This document shows positions 1-10,618 of a stretch of 61,942 nucleotides of DNA, in pieces. Every line of letters starts with the position of its first letter. Position 1 is the stretch's first letter. Origin of the DNA: a bacterium (GTDB lineage Bacteria > CLD3 > SB21); NCBI GenBank assembly GCA_013360215.1, contig JABWCP010000022.1, forward strand, positions 1 to 61,942, in the 5' to 3' direction. The notes under the pieces are model-generated. The model was not told where the DNA came from. It searched no databases and was given only the letters and a program-made list of their open reading frames with translations. A program made the translations under genes and the position numbers.

Positions 1-1505
1 GTTAACACACTCAGCGTATCATAACGCAAACCCCCGTTATTCGCCTGGCTGCGAAGCACCGCAAACGAAGTGTCACCCAAAGCCACCGTTATAAGACCGG
101 TTTGATCATGAAAACCGGCGGAATCTGCAGAAATATAACCACTGCTTACACGGCGACCATGAAACGAAACACTATCGGATCCGCTTGTTGAGCCTGCTAA
201 AAAACCCATCACGCCGGAACTTGACCAAGTGACTTTAACGCGGCGCAAAAAATTGCCGTTCCGATCATAACCATATGCAAAAACACGTAGCGAATCATCA
301 GCCGAAATCGTGGTATCGACAGCAAGCCCTGACGGTTCTTGGTTGTACCATTTGACAGATAGGGTGTATAGCGTGTCTGGAATTACTGAAACCGTAGGGC
401 TTCCGCTAACCGACAATCGCGCCGCACTGACCAAAGGCGCAAGTACCGATGAAGGAAAACTGACATTACCTAGAATATTTTCAGCATCAACGGTGAATGT
501 AACTTTGATAGAGTCTCTGATTCCAAATACATTGGTACGAACGCTGATCGAATCATTCGTTGTATTATAACTCCATGTGGCGAAGTCATACGATGAAAGG
601 CCAAGCGCCGACGGCCGTGAGGACGAATTGATGAAGAACTTGGATGAGCCGTCGACGGATATATCCGTTACTGTGGCTGATTTAGAAGTAAACGGATTGC
701 GAATTAACACCGAATCTATTCGCGCAAGAGAATCTGTTGACCCATTCACATAAATCGAATACGTAAACGAATTCAACGATGTATTGGTTCGAACGCTTGA
801 CGGAGAAATCGTAGCACTCGCTGTAGCAGATGAGTTAGTGTGAAACAAAATAGCCAAGCCATCCTCTAAAGAAGCCGAATTAAAACTGTACTGCGAAGCC
901 GTGCCATTTGAACTGTCAACACCTACAGATACTGTAGCGCCTGTAGCGGTACCAAGTGTCTGATACTGAAATTTTATTAAATTTGTTGTTTCATATAGAA
1001 TAGCTTGAAACGTTATTACACTTCCTCCAGATAGAAAATTAGACCATGTAACAACAAATTGTCGATTAGGCGAAGTTCCTTGGGTTTGATAATGTATCCT
1101 CGTTGCAACGGGATTAGTAGTAATTAGATCCCAGTACGGCGCTATAACACTATCGGGCCCACCTGCGAGAGTAAGATCGTTATTAGCACTGAAGTCCGTA
1201 CCTAATAAGTCCTGAAAACTGAGGAAACCGCGAGAACTAATGTCGACCTGAGAGTAGGTGTTCCCGTAAAAAACAAAATTGAATCCGATATTGACCAAAC
1301 CTGTGGTTGAGCCCGTCGTCGGAGTGATTACAGAGCCGGCTGATGCGTCTACCCACTGATATGTAGCGTAAGGCGCAGCGGTTGAAGTTTTGCTGTCCGT
1401 CCACATATAGGCACGGTTTGAACCACCCTGTCCCGCTGACACAACAAACGAGAAAAAAGAGAATACTAAAAAACTATATTTGGTTGTACGTATCAAGGAA
1501 TGCAT
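1..1505 (-). CDS. Large secreted Ser/Thr-rich surface protein with N-terminal nidogen(NIDO)-like region (3' end outside window)
   Basis: Not in the ORF track because it has no stop in the window. The frame starts at ATG 1505 (TGATG overlap with the upstream stop). It reads MHSLIRTTKYSFLVFSFFSFVVSAG (signal-like)...IGFNFVFYGNTYSQVDISSRGFLSF...QFVVTWSNF...TFQAILYE and stays open to position 1. Confidence 0.7.
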   Translation of the reverse strand, partial: MHSLIRTTKYSFLVFSFFSFVVSAGQGGSNRAYMWTDSKTSTAAPYATYQWVDASAGSVITPTTGSTTGLVNIGFNFVFYGNTYSQVDISSRGFLSFQDLLGTDFSANNDLTLAGGPDSVIAPYWDLITTNPVATRIHYQTQGTSPNRQFVVTWSNFLSGGSVITFQAILYETTNLIKFQYQTLGTATGATVSVGVDSSNGTASQYSFNSASLEDGLAILFHTNSSATASATISPSSVRTNTSLNSFTYSIYVNGSTDSLARIDSVLIRNPFTSKSATVTDISVDGSSKFFINSSSRPSALGLSSYDFATWSYNTTNDSISVRTNVFGIRDSIKVTFTVDAENILGNVSFPSSVLAPLVSAARLSVSGSPTVSVIPDTLYTLSVKWYNQEPSGLAVDTTISADDSLRVFAYGYDRNGNFLRRVKVTWSSSGVMGFLAGSTSGSDSVSFHGRRVSSGYISADSAGFHDQTGLITVALGDTSFAVLRSQANNGGLRYDTLSVL

Positions 1506-2023
1506 CAAGGCGCGTCAGCTTTAACTTTAATTGTTTGCGAATTGGTTAATTTCACAGGGTTGGAATTATGATCTTTGCGTACGGTAACGTCTAAATTATA
1601 TTTTTTTTCCGGTAGTAATTTTAACGCTTGTGCTGTAGGTACAGCCAATGCTAATTTAACGATAAGTTTATCGCCTGATTTTAAAACATCATTAAATTCG
1701 ATCTTAGCTCGTTTATCAACAATCTGAACAAAAACCGTACCCGAAACTTTTTTTTCGAATAACGCCTGATTTGTAGTCATCCACAGGGGAACGGCATTGT
1801 GCTCGATTGAAACAATTCGAATTTCTTCGTTCAGCACATTTCCAATCTCAATGATTTTACCAACTCCATTTTGAATTGAAATAGTCAATTTCGATTCCGC
1901 ACTCTCTCCTTCGGTCCATTCGATTTGATCTATAACATAACTTCCACTTTGTGAATACACACTAAGCGGAATAATCCAACTAAAAACAAAAATCAGAAGT
2001 GAAAAATGGAAAAATGACTTCAT
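1505..2023 (-). CDS. Hypothetical secreted protein
   Basis: 172-aa ORF with signal peptide (MKSFFHFSLLIFVFSWIIPLSVYS/Q); its stop overlaps the start of the next gene. Confidence 0.7.
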   Translation of the reverse strand: MKSFFHFSLLIFVFSWIIPLSVYSQSGSYVIDQIEWTEGESAESKLTISIQNGVGKIIEIGNVLNEEIRIVSIEHNAVPLWMTTNQALFEKKVSGTVFVQIVDKRAKIEFNDVLKSGDKLIVKLALAVPTAQALKLLPEKKYNLDVTVRKDHNSNPVKLTNSQTIKVKADAP

Positions 2024-2197
2024 TCTTCTCTCGTTTCGAAAAAAGCAATTAGAAAAATATGAAACACTCTACACTGACTTGATCTGTTGAAATGCAGTAC
2101 AAATCACACGAAAAAGTGTCGAACCGATATATCAAGAAAAAAATAGTAAAAACGCATCGTCTTTGCAAACAAATTCAATAAAATGATAATGATAGAC

Positions 2198-2240
2198 AAA
2201 AATAAAGCCGTTGCGATATATCACAGCGGCTTATAAAAAA
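2198..2240 (-). terminator. Probable intrinsic terminator
   Basis: AAGCCG-TTGCGA..TCACAG-CGGCTT hairpin with flanking A runs downstream of the LOG gene. Confidence 0.5.
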
Positions 2241-2266
2241 GCAATAAAAAACAAGTTCAATTTTTT

Positions 2267-3115
2267 TTATTTTAAATAATAACGTTCCAATTTTTCTTTC
2301 AGGTATTCAAAGGCCTCTTCAGGCTTGTCGGCATACGCAAAAAGCTTCAAGTCCTCCGGACTAATCATGTGATGCTTGGCCATCGCTTCAAAATCAACAA
2401 TCTCATCCCAATACGTTTTACCGTAAATAAGTATCGCTAACGGTTTTTCTATCTTTTTGGTTTGGACTAAAGTCAGTAATTCGAACAATTCGTCTAGCGT
2501 ACCATAACCGCCCGGAAAAACGACAAGTGCTTTAGCAAGGTAGGCAAACCAAAACTTTCTCATAAAAAAATAATGAAATTCAAAATTTAATTCGGGCGAA
2601 ATATAGGGATTGGGAATTTGCTCAAAAGGTAAACTGATATTAAGTCCGATGGTTGGGCCACCGGCCTTTTTTGCTCCTCGATTCGCTGCTTCCATTATAC
2701 CAGGGCCGCCGCCACTGCATACGATAAAACGTTTACCACCGTCCAGTTTGGATGACCATCGTGTCATCATTTCAGCAAGCTTCATAGCGTCGCGGTAATA
2801 CACGGACATATCTAAATCCGATTGGGCCCATTGAAGTTTACGACGAAGAGATGCCGACGGTGTTGATTGATTTTTCGCTTCTTTTTGTAGGGCTTGTAAT
2901 TTGATTTTGGCATCTTTTGGATCTAGGATACGAGCCGAACCGTAAAATACGATCGTATCACGGATCCCATACCTCTTGAAGCGCGCATACGGTTCATGCA
3001 TTTCACTAATAACACGCAAAGTTCGTCCGTCAGGGCTATGCAAAAAAGCACCGTTATCGTATGCTTTGAGCGGAATTCCAGTTTCATCCAAATGCGGCAA
3101 ACGAGATTTGGGCAT
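2267..3115 (-). CDS. LOG family nucleotide 5'-monophosphate nucleosidase (TIGR00730-like)
   Basis: Motifs FYGSAR, SGGGPGIMEAANRGA, FHYFFMRK, PGGYGTLDE. Confidence 0.9.
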   Translation of the reverse strand: MPKSRLPHLDETGIPLKAYDNGAFLHSPDGRTLRVISEMHEPYARFKRYGIRDTIVFYGSARILDPKDAKIKLQALQKEAKNQSTPSASLRRKLQWAQSDLDMSVYYRDAMKLAEMMTRWSSKLDGGKRFIVCSGGGPGIMEAANRGAKKAGGPTIGLNISLPFEQIPNPYISPELNFEFHYFFMRKFWFAYLAKALVVFPGGYGTLDELFELLTLVQTKKIEKPLAILIYGKTYWDEIVDFEAMAKHHMISPEDLKLFAYADKPEEAFEYLKEKLERYYLK

Positions 3116-3148
3116 ATTTTTTCCTAATTTTATGTAGCGGTAGTCTGG

Positions 3149-4939
3149 TCAGATATTGGCTACTTCCGCTTCCAGAAGTTGGCGTTCATACATCACGGCA
3201 TAGGTACCTTTTTGTTCGACTAATTCTTCGTGCGTACCTGTTTCAATAATTGCACCGTCTTTCAATACAATGATACTGTCCGCATGCTTTACCGTTTGAA
3301 TGCGATGACTGACAAGTAATGTTGTACGATCTTCCATTAAGACTTTCAGGCGCTTCAGTATTTCGTCCTCCGTGTGGGTATCCACGCTCGAAAGAGCATC
3401 ATCCAGTATGAGTATTTTAGGCTGGCGAATCACGGCGCGCGCGATGGCCAAGCGCTGTTTTTGTCCTCCCGATAAAGTGATACCGCGTTCTCCTATAATC
3501 GTTTCATACTTTTCCGGAAAATCCTCAATATTGCCTCGTAACTGAGCCGTATCAACGGCCCAAATGACTTGATCCGTCGGCGGATTATCAACGCCAAAAA
3601 CTATGTTTTGATAAATTGTATCGGAAAACAGAAAATTATCTTGTGTAACCATGCCGATATGTTGACGCAAAACAGATACCGGAATCGTATTGATATCACG
3701 ATCGTCAATGAATAGCATTCCGTCCGGAATAGCATACAAACGCGGAATCAGATTGACCAACGTGCTCTTCCCGGAACCTGTCGCGCCGACGATGCCCAAG
3801 GTCATTCCGGGTTGGATGCAAATTGAAATATTTTTCAAAACAGGTATATCGCGATATGAAAAATTAAGATTACGAAATTCTATCTTACCCGCAATGTCAG
3901 AGTGCCCGTTATTTTGACTGTTTTTATCACTGATTGCGGGCTGTTCATCAAATATGGCATTCATTCGTTTCATGGAAGCCGACCCGCGTTGAAAAATATT
4001 AATCACCCATCCGACGGCTACCATCGGCCAGATCAGCATCGCCAGATAAAAATTGAAAGCCGTAAACTCTCCAATGGTCATTACACCGTCTATCACTAAA
4101 CTTCCGCCGTACCACAGCAAAACAGCAACACTCAGCCCGATGGTCAAAATCACGCTGGACATCATGATCCCGCGAATTCGAACCATGGACATATTGAGCT
4201 GAATATACTCATGACTGAGATTTTCAAACTTCTTAATCTCCGTGGCTTCTTGGACAAATGATTTTACTACACGGATACCTGAAAAATTTTCCTGCGCCGC
4301 CGAGCTGATATCGGAAAGTTTTTCCTGAACTTTTTGCGAGCGCGTCATGATCACTCCGGATAATCGACCAACCGCAAACGAAAGTAAGAATAAGGGCAGG
4401 AAAGCCAGTAACGTAAGCATCGGACTGATATGTATCATCATCGGTACGACGTAAATAAACGCTACAATCGTATTGGCGGTGTACATAATGCCGGGTCCAA
4501 GCACTTCGCGTACATTGGCGAGATCGTTGGTCAGGCGGCTCATCAGGTCACCCGTTTTGGCATACTGAAAAAACTGAACGTGTAATTTTTGCAAATGCGA
4601 AAAAAAATCACTACGCAGGTCATACTCGATCTTTCGTGACATGACGATGAGCGTTTGTCGCATCAGATAAAGAAAAATGCCGTGTAACAATTCGACAAAA
4701 AGGTACGCCGCAATGTATGCCACAACGATGGCCACACCAAGTTGTAACTCGACGGAATGGATGATTTGATTGTATAAAGGAAATGTTGAAGGATCCGTGC
4801 CGGGCGCCAATGTGTCAATAGCTTCACGCACCAACTGAGGGCCCGTTGACTGAAATAAATTTTTTAAAATAACCAGCACAAATCCGCTAATCCAATAAAC
4901 GCGGTATTTCCAAAGGTACGGCTTCAGGCGCTTAAACAT
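3149..4939 (-). CDS. ABC exporter, fused permease/ATPase (MdlA/MsbA-like)
   Basis: TM domain plus Walker A GATGSGKST, signature LSGGQKQR, Walker B ILILDD. Confidence 0.92.
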   Translation of the reverse strand: MFKRLKPYLWKYRVYWISGFVLVILKNLFQSTGPQLVREAIDTLAPGTDPSTFPLYNQIIHSVELQLGVAIVVAYIAAYLFVELLHGIFLYLMRQTLIVMSRKIEYDLRSDFFSHLQKLHVQFFQYAKTGDLMSRLTNDLANVREVLGPGIMYTANTIVAFIYVVPMMIHISPMLTLLAFLPLFLLSFAVGRLSGVIMTRSQKVQEKLSDISSAAQENFSGIRVVKSFVQEATEIKKFENLSHEYIQLNMSMVRIRGIMMSSVILTIGLSVAVLLWYGGSLVIDGVMTIGEFTAFNFYLAMLIWPMVAVGWVINIFQRGSASMKRMNAIFDEQPAISDKNSQNNGHSDIAGKIEFRNLNFSYRDIPVLKNISICIQPGMTLGIVGATGSGKSTLVNLIPRLYAIPDGMLFIDDRDINTIPVSVLRQHIGMVTQDNFLFSDTIYQNIVFGVDNPPTDQVIWAVDTAQLRGNIEDFPEKYETIIGERGITLSGGQKQRLAIARAVIRQPKILILDDALSSVDTHTEDEILKRLKVLMEDRTTLLVSHRIQTVKHADSIIVLKDGAIIETGTHEELVEQKGTYAVMYERQLLEAEVANI

Positions 4940-4945
4940 AGAATC

Positions 4946-5533
4946 TTATTCTTTGGTATAAAGATTGTTTTTTTTGATATACGATAATACTGCATTCGGT
5001 ACGATATAGCGAACCGATTGATTTCGTAAAAGTCGTTCACGCACCCATGAAGAAGCAATCTCAATCACAGGTTTATCAATACATATCGCTTCTTTTGTGA
5101 ATCGCAATTCGCCTTTATCGAAGTCAAAACCCATACGCGGATATACGACGATTTTAGCAAGTTCAGTCAACCTCTCCGGTGTTTTCCAATTAGGTAGATC
5201 AAGTAACGAATCCGATCCGATCATCAGAAAATATTCGTTTTTAGGATTCTCTTTTCGTAAAAACTCCAACGTATGAACCGTATACGAGAGACCGGATAGT
5301 TTTTCTTCAATGTCAGAGCATTGGAAATACTCATTTTGTTCAATGGCTAAATCCACCATCGTTTTGCGATGATGAAATGAGATTACGTTTTCAGAAGCTT
5401 TATGCGGTGGCCGGGCTGAGGGAATAAATACCACTTTGGACAAACCGAGATGATCGCGAATAATCTCAGCGATGATCAGATGACCTGCGTGGATGGGGTT
5501 AAATGTTCCCCCAAATAAACCGATCTTTTCCAA
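4946..5533 (-). CDS. nadD: Nicotinate-nucleotide adenylyltransferase
   Basis: GLFGGTFNPIHAGH, PPHK, SYTVHTL, IGSDS, IASSWVR. Confidence 0.93.
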   Translation of the reverse strand: MEKIGLFGGTFNPIHAGHLIIAEIIRDHLGLSKVVFIPSARPPHKASENVISFHHRKTMVDLAIEQNEYFQCSDIEEKLSGLSYTVHTLEFLRKENPKNEYFLMIGSDSLLDLPNWKTPERLTELAKIVVYPRMGFDFDKGELRFTKEAICIDKPVIEIASSWVRERLLRNQSVRYIVPNAVLSYIKKNNLYTKE

Positions 5534-5542
5534 ATGGTGTAT

Positions 5543-6379
5543 TTAATTTGCCGATTTGACAGAAGTGGACTCTTCAGGCTTCACTAATTTAGCCTCTTTG
5601 GCCGCTTTGGCTTGGGCCTTGAGTTCATCCTTCTTTATATCTTCCAGTGTTTCGAGGGCATCCGTTACCCACTCTTTTTCTAACGGGTATTCATCAATGA
5701 ATTTTTTTAATAATATCTGAGCTTTTTGAAATTCCTCGATTTTATAGTTGCAGTATCCTTTCCAATACTTGGCTTGCATAGCATACGGCGAGTCATAATA
5801 ATCGGTAATAACCTGATCATAGTAAACGATGGCGGCTTCAAACTCACTGATTTTACGGTAAATCTGTGCGCTTTCAAAATGTTTACGCGCCAATTTGTCT
5901 TTTACCGATTTATAATGTTTATCCATCTCAGTACGCAGTTCGCTGCGCGGGAACAAATCAATAAAATTCTGAATAGCATTTTGCGCCTGATAGGTAAACT
6001 TCTGATCCAAGGCAAATCCCGGCGAGAGTTCGATATAGCACAACGCTAACTGATACATACTTTTTTCAATAAATTCGCTTTTGGGATAACTTGATACCAT
6101 ACGTTCAAATTCTGACGATGCCGAAACCCAATCTTTTTGACGATAATAGCTTTCAGCCAAATAAAACTGCGCATCGTCGGCGATGTCCGAACCGCTGTAT
6201 TTATAGGTTATCAACGAAAACTGTTCCTGTGCCGAAGTCCAATTTTTTTTATTAAAAAACTTCATCGCGTATTCAAAATGTTCCCGCGATGTCATGTACT
6301 GTGTAACATCTTTTTTGCTGCATCCGGTAGACAGTAAAAACGAACAAGCCATCGCTAAAACAAATATCTTTCTCAACAT
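5543..6379 (-). CDS. bamD: Outer membrane protein assembly factor BamD (TPR lipoprotein)
   Basis: Lipobox STGC, TPR helices, ELSPGFALDQ..T..A...Q.FID.FP.S pattern. Confidence 0.85.
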   Translation of the reverse strand: MLRKIFVLAMACSFLLSTGCSKKDVTQYMTSREHFEYAMKFFNKKNWTSAQEQFSLITYKYSGSDIADDAQFYLAESYYRQKDWVSASSEFERMVSSYPKSEFIEKSMYQLALCYIELSPGFALDQKFTYQAQNAIQNFIDLFPRSELRTEMDKHYKSVKDKLARKHFESAQIYRKISEFEAAIVYYDQVITDYYDSPYAMQAKYWKGYCNYKIEEFQKAQILLKKFIDEYPLEKEWVTDALETLEDIKKDELKAQAKAAKEAKLVKPEESTSVKSAN

Positions 6380-6431
6380 GAGATATCCTTTACAAAATGA
6401 TATATATCGTTATGAATAAAATTTCAAAAAA

Positions 6432-7205
6432 TCAAATATCATATAACGCATAGTCACCGTTGCGCGAAACAACGATCATAGTTTCTTCTTTCATTGGCGT
6501 CCATCCGTCATTGTTGTCTAAGGCCTCCGAAGTGACCAGTGTGCCGCCTTGATATGAAGTATAATAACCCAAACTATGCATTACTTTAGTAGCGATCAGG
6601 TAGTCCCGCGTAAGCATCATAAAATTTAATTGCGGTTTTCGCGATGCGTCCGCACGGCGACTGATTTCTCTAAGATCGGCTATGGTATGCTGCAATGCCG
6701 TACGTACGAAATGGATGTCCAGCGTTTGCGCTGGATTATATTTACGAAGATACGTCAGAAAAAGATGCATGGCATATTCGGAATCCGTATTTCCCGTAAT
6801 ATGTCCGCTAAGCGCGGGATCAATTTTGGCTAATGCCGAATCCATAACGTTTTCAATTCCGTAAACCGATCCGTTGTGAGCAAAAATAATGTCCTGATGA
6901 TATATCCAGGGATGTGTATTGACCTTGGATGCACCGCCTACCGATGCCCGGCGTATATGCAACATGACACGTTTGAACGGCCGATGGGCTGTTTCCAAAA
7001 AAAGTTTATCGTTACGGGGCGCCGAAGCTTCCTTTATAACGTGGAATTGTCCATTTTCTTCGAAACCAAATCCCCATCCGTCGTCGTTGGGTTTACAACT
7101 GTCACGATCGCATACGCTTTGCCGGAGAATTCCGTTAGGCGCATCAAGAATTACGTTTTGTAATGATACCGGATTCGGCCCGGCATACCCCATGAGTCTG
7201 CACAT
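6432..7205 (-). CDS. Class II (Ntn) glutamine amidotransferase, YafJ/EgtC-like
   Basis: N-terminal MCRL (catalytic Cys2), DGWG, HIRRAS, NTHP, FAHNG, GNTDSE, TSEAL. Confidence 0.88.
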   Translation of the reverse strand: MCRLMGYAGPNPVSLQNVILDAPNGILRQSVCDRDSCKPNDDGWGFGFEENGQFHVIKEASAPRNDKLFLETAHRPFKRVMLHIRRASVGGASKVNTHPWIYHQDIIFAHNGSVYGIENVMDSALAKIDPALSGHITGNTDSEYAMHLFLTYLRKYNPAQTLDIHFVRTALQHTIADLREISRRADASRKPQLNFMMLTRDYLIATKVMHSLGYYTSYQGGTLVTSEALDNNDGWTPMKEETMIVVSRNGDYALYDI

Positions 7206-9800
7206 CAGTGTTTTATCAATTCAAAACAATGTTTAAGATAGACTTTAAATTTTTCAGAGTTAGCCAAACGATCATATTCAATTTTCAAAATCGTTGCCGG
7301 TTTTTTATTTTGATCAAGTTGATACTGCATTCGTTTAAAGGAATCTAAATATTTTCCTTGCAAAGTTTCAATAAACGGGCGGAACCTATCAGCGTTTTTG
7401 GAATCACCCGATAACTGTTGTACGACCCCCTCAATGACCGTCCGATAACTGTTGTACGACCCCCTCAATGACCGTAACCGTTTTACCGATATGACTATTG
7501 AGATCACTTTTGATTGTTTCCAAAGCGCTTTTATAAATAATCCAATCTTTGTGCGTGGATGTCTCGGCATAACCCATCGCCTGTGAAACATAATTTTGAA
7601 ACCGCTCATCATTCATCAACGTCATAAACTCGGCTTTGACTTGAGGCGCTGATTTTTTTCCGGCTTCGATGGAATCTTTATTATCATTCACCGCAAAATA
7701 ATCATCATCACGGAGCTTGCCTATCACTTCTTCATGCTCTGCATTTTTATCATCATCTAGCGCATCAAGCAGCTTACCAAGAAAACGATGGTATTCGTCG
7801 ATCAAAGGCACGACTTCTTGTTTAGCGCGAATTTGTGTATTTTCAAAATGACGCCAACCGATCGCATCCTGCAAAAGCGCTAAAATCAGATTGACCGCAC
7901 GTTGGGTATGACGAGGATATTCAGGACGATCCAAACGACGCGTCATGAGGTACGTGCCATAATTTTTTATATCCAAAAGCGTCTCTTCAAACGTCCCTTC
8001 TTCTTCCGCTTTAGCTAAAACGGACTCCGGAATAATATTTTTCTTCACTGCATCGGATTCGATTGCACGAATGGATTCCTCTTTGAATACGGCCTTTACC
8101 TTGGCCTCAACGTATTTGACATTAAACGCATCACCGTCATCCGAACCCTTAGTGATCGTGCCGACACGAACATAATCTGCAACAGCTAATCCCAGTTCCG
8201 CATCGTTGATTTGATCTAGTATTCTATGGACACCGGGTTTATCAAGCGTGAGACGTTCTTTATCAATAAAATCGGCAACTTGGTTGATTGCATTAAACGC
8301 GCGTTCGGCACTGTTAAAAAAACCAAGCCGTTTACGTATTTCATGAAAATGACTGATGCGTTGATTGAGTTCGTCTTCATCCACGGTCATATCCGGCGGC
8401 ATTTTAGTCAGATCTAAACCAATGTAATCGGTAGATAATTTCAGATAGCTAGGATCAATATCAAATTTGGACATAAGCCGCGCTGAAAGGTATCGAGCGG
8501 CCAAGGCTGCTTTTTTGATATCAGAATCTTCTTCTTTCATCACGCCTTTATCAATATGCGGCAATTCGTATTTAAAATATTCGACGACGCGACGATAATC
8601 ATCTTTTTTGGCGTCCAGTTCTCCGATGAGTTCGACGAATTCGTATACTTCTTTGATTTGGAAACCTTTAATCTTAAAAATCATTGATGTGAGGTACTGC
8701 GTTTCCGCGGCGATCTCGACCAATTTGGCCGGATCGTGTAATGATTCATCGGGGTTATCAAGACGCCGCGCAAAGGAAATAGCCGCTATCGTCTGATCGG
8801 CGATATTATCTGCGGCCAGAACGCGGCGAATTTCTTCTTTGATTTCATCGTCAAGTGTCGGAAAATTATCCTGAGCTAGTTTCTCTTCGTATTGCTCCAA
8901 AGCAACATTAATTTCGAGCGAATTGATAAGTTGTAACCATTCTAATTTTTCAGTTTTTGAACCGAGTTCAATATTCAAGTCACCGGATAATGTCGTTTCG
9001 ATAATGTGGTCCAGTATACGAAATTGACGTTTGATATTATTCGATTGCCCCAAACGATTGATGATAATGCCTTCCAGCGTATCGTTAGGATAATTGTATT
9101 CCGCTAAACGCATCTGCAATTTGGATAAAAGATAATTATTGATCATATCCTTCATCGTTATGGACTCGCTTTTACGCATGGTTTCTTCGCGCTTCATGGC
9201 TTCAGCAACCAGATTGACCACAAAAACACACTTCATCGTCGCGTCGTTATTGAGGTCGACATTATCAATTATATGAATCAAATGCGTTAGCGTCTCCGTA
9301 TCGCGAATTTTCTTCTCAAAAAGTTCTTTGAGTTCTTTTCCCTTTCCACTTTTATCGCCTTTAGTTCGTTCGGAGGCTGCCTTTTCCAAAACGATATTGA
9401 GTACGGCATTTTCGATGGAATCGTTGATAAATTCTTCCATCTTACCGTCAAAAATCGGAGTGCCGAAATTTGAGGACTTGTTGACTAAAAGCGTCAACAA
9501 CAAATTGATCATGTGTGAAGGTACTTTATGCTCGGCAAGAACCAGCTCCATCTTCGTTAAAGCCGCGACATCTTCAAGCTTGCTGACCAATAAAGTTTTA
9601 TTAGATGACCGCTTTTTTTCAATTTCCTCTTGTATTCGCTCGGTCACCGCATTGATTTCTGTTTCCGAAAAGCGTTCAAGACGCGAACGAAATTGCGTGA
9701 CATGTTCAGGAACCAGTTTGCCCGGAAAATCCGGAGCTTGAACAAGTTCCATCAACTGGTTCAGTGCAATTTGTTGTTGTTGCTGGTCTTGCGTTGCCAT
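7205..9800 (-). pseudogene. Large acidic helical protein of unknown function (~853 aa if intact), split by a 34-bp tandem duplication (real mutation or assembly error)
   Basis: ORFs 7431-9800 and 7205-7612 both encode VIEGVVQQLS. Removing one 34-bp copy gives a 2562-nt frame whose stop overlaps the GATase start (TGATG). Confidence 0.75.
7408..7475. repeat. Exact 34-bp tandem duplication
   Basis: CCGATAACTGTTGTACGACCCCCTCAATGACCGT at 7408-7441 and 7442-7475. Confidence 0.97.
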
Positions 9801-9971
9801 AGGTTATTCCATGGTATCGGTGATTTTAATCATTTAAAAAGTTAACACAATCCCGAATACATAGCAAGCAAATTAGCTATAAGCCTGACATTGCGGATGA
9901 TCTCTGCATCCGATGAGCAGACTCTAAAATTTCAAATTAATTCCTTGTGTTTAGATTAAATCATCATATAT

Positions 9972-9987
9972 TTGACCAATCAGTCAA
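9972..9987. promoter_or_regulatory. Putative TetR operator 1
   Basis: Palindrome TTGACCAATCAGTCAA just upstream of the tetR ATG. Confidence 0.65.
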
Positions 9988-10004
9988 TTTTTATATTTAA
10001 TAAT

Positions 10005-10601
10005 ATGTCAGTAATATTCAGTGAAAAAGAGCTCGAAAAACGTAAGGCCCTAATTAAGGTAACATATAAGTTAATTGCTGAGCATGGATTTACAAGTATT
10101 ACTCTTCAAGATGTGGCCGATCGTGCAGATGTGAGTAAAGGCATAATTTTGTACTATTTTGAAAATAAAGAAGCTTTATTTGAAGCCGTACTTGAATGGT
10201 TGGTCAAAAGAATCGAATTACACATACGCGCCGAAGTTTCGCGTGCCGAAGATCCTATTTCCAAAATTAAAGCATTTAACGATGCTACTTTTTTAGGAAT
10301 TAAAGAAAATCGAGAATTTTACTTAGTATATCTGGATTTTCTAGCACAAAGCAGCCATACCGAACGTCTTCGCAATGTCAACCTTGCCTTCTATAATCAA
10401 TGCTCACAAGTACAATCTCAAATTTTACGCGATGGCATTGAAAAAGGAATCTTTCGCGAAGTAAGCATCAGTGAATATTGTATTATTTCACGTGCTTTGA
10501 TCGATGGTCTTTGTATTCGATGGTTATTTGATACACCGGAGCGATTTACTTTTTATAAACAAACTGCACTTCAAATAACTCTCGACTATCTTAAGAAATA
10601 A
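10005..10601 (+). CDS. TetR/AcrR family transcriptional regulator
   Basis: HTH GFTSITLQDVADRADVSKGIILYYFENKEAL; ATG 10005 preferred over TTG 9972, which lies within the operator. Confidence 0.92.
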   Translation: MSVIFSEKELEKRKALIKVTYKLIAEHGFTSITLQDVADRADVSKGIILYYFENKEALFEAVLEWLVKRIELHIRAEVSRAEDPISKIKAFNDATFLGIKENREFYLVYLDFLAQSSHTERLRNVNLAFYNQCSQVQSQILRDGIEKGIFREVSISEYCIISRALIDGLCIRWLFDTPERFTFYKQTALQITLDYLKK

Positions 10602-10618
10602 TTTTTTTTACTCAAAAA

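Noticed and set aside
310-570. 86-aa plus-strand ORF
   Set aside because: Antisense to the long open minus-strand surface-protein frame.
7408-7475. 34-bp direct repeat as a CRISPR array
   Set aside because: Only two abutting copies, no spacer, no cas genes, and it lies inside coding sequence.
7476-7612. N-terminal part of ORF 7205-7612 as an independent gene start
   Set aside because: It overlaps the 789-aa ORF out of frame; only the part after the duplication is the real C-terminus.
9972-10004. TTG start for the TetR gene
   Set aside because: It coincides with the operator palindrome; ATG 10005 gives a normal TetR length.
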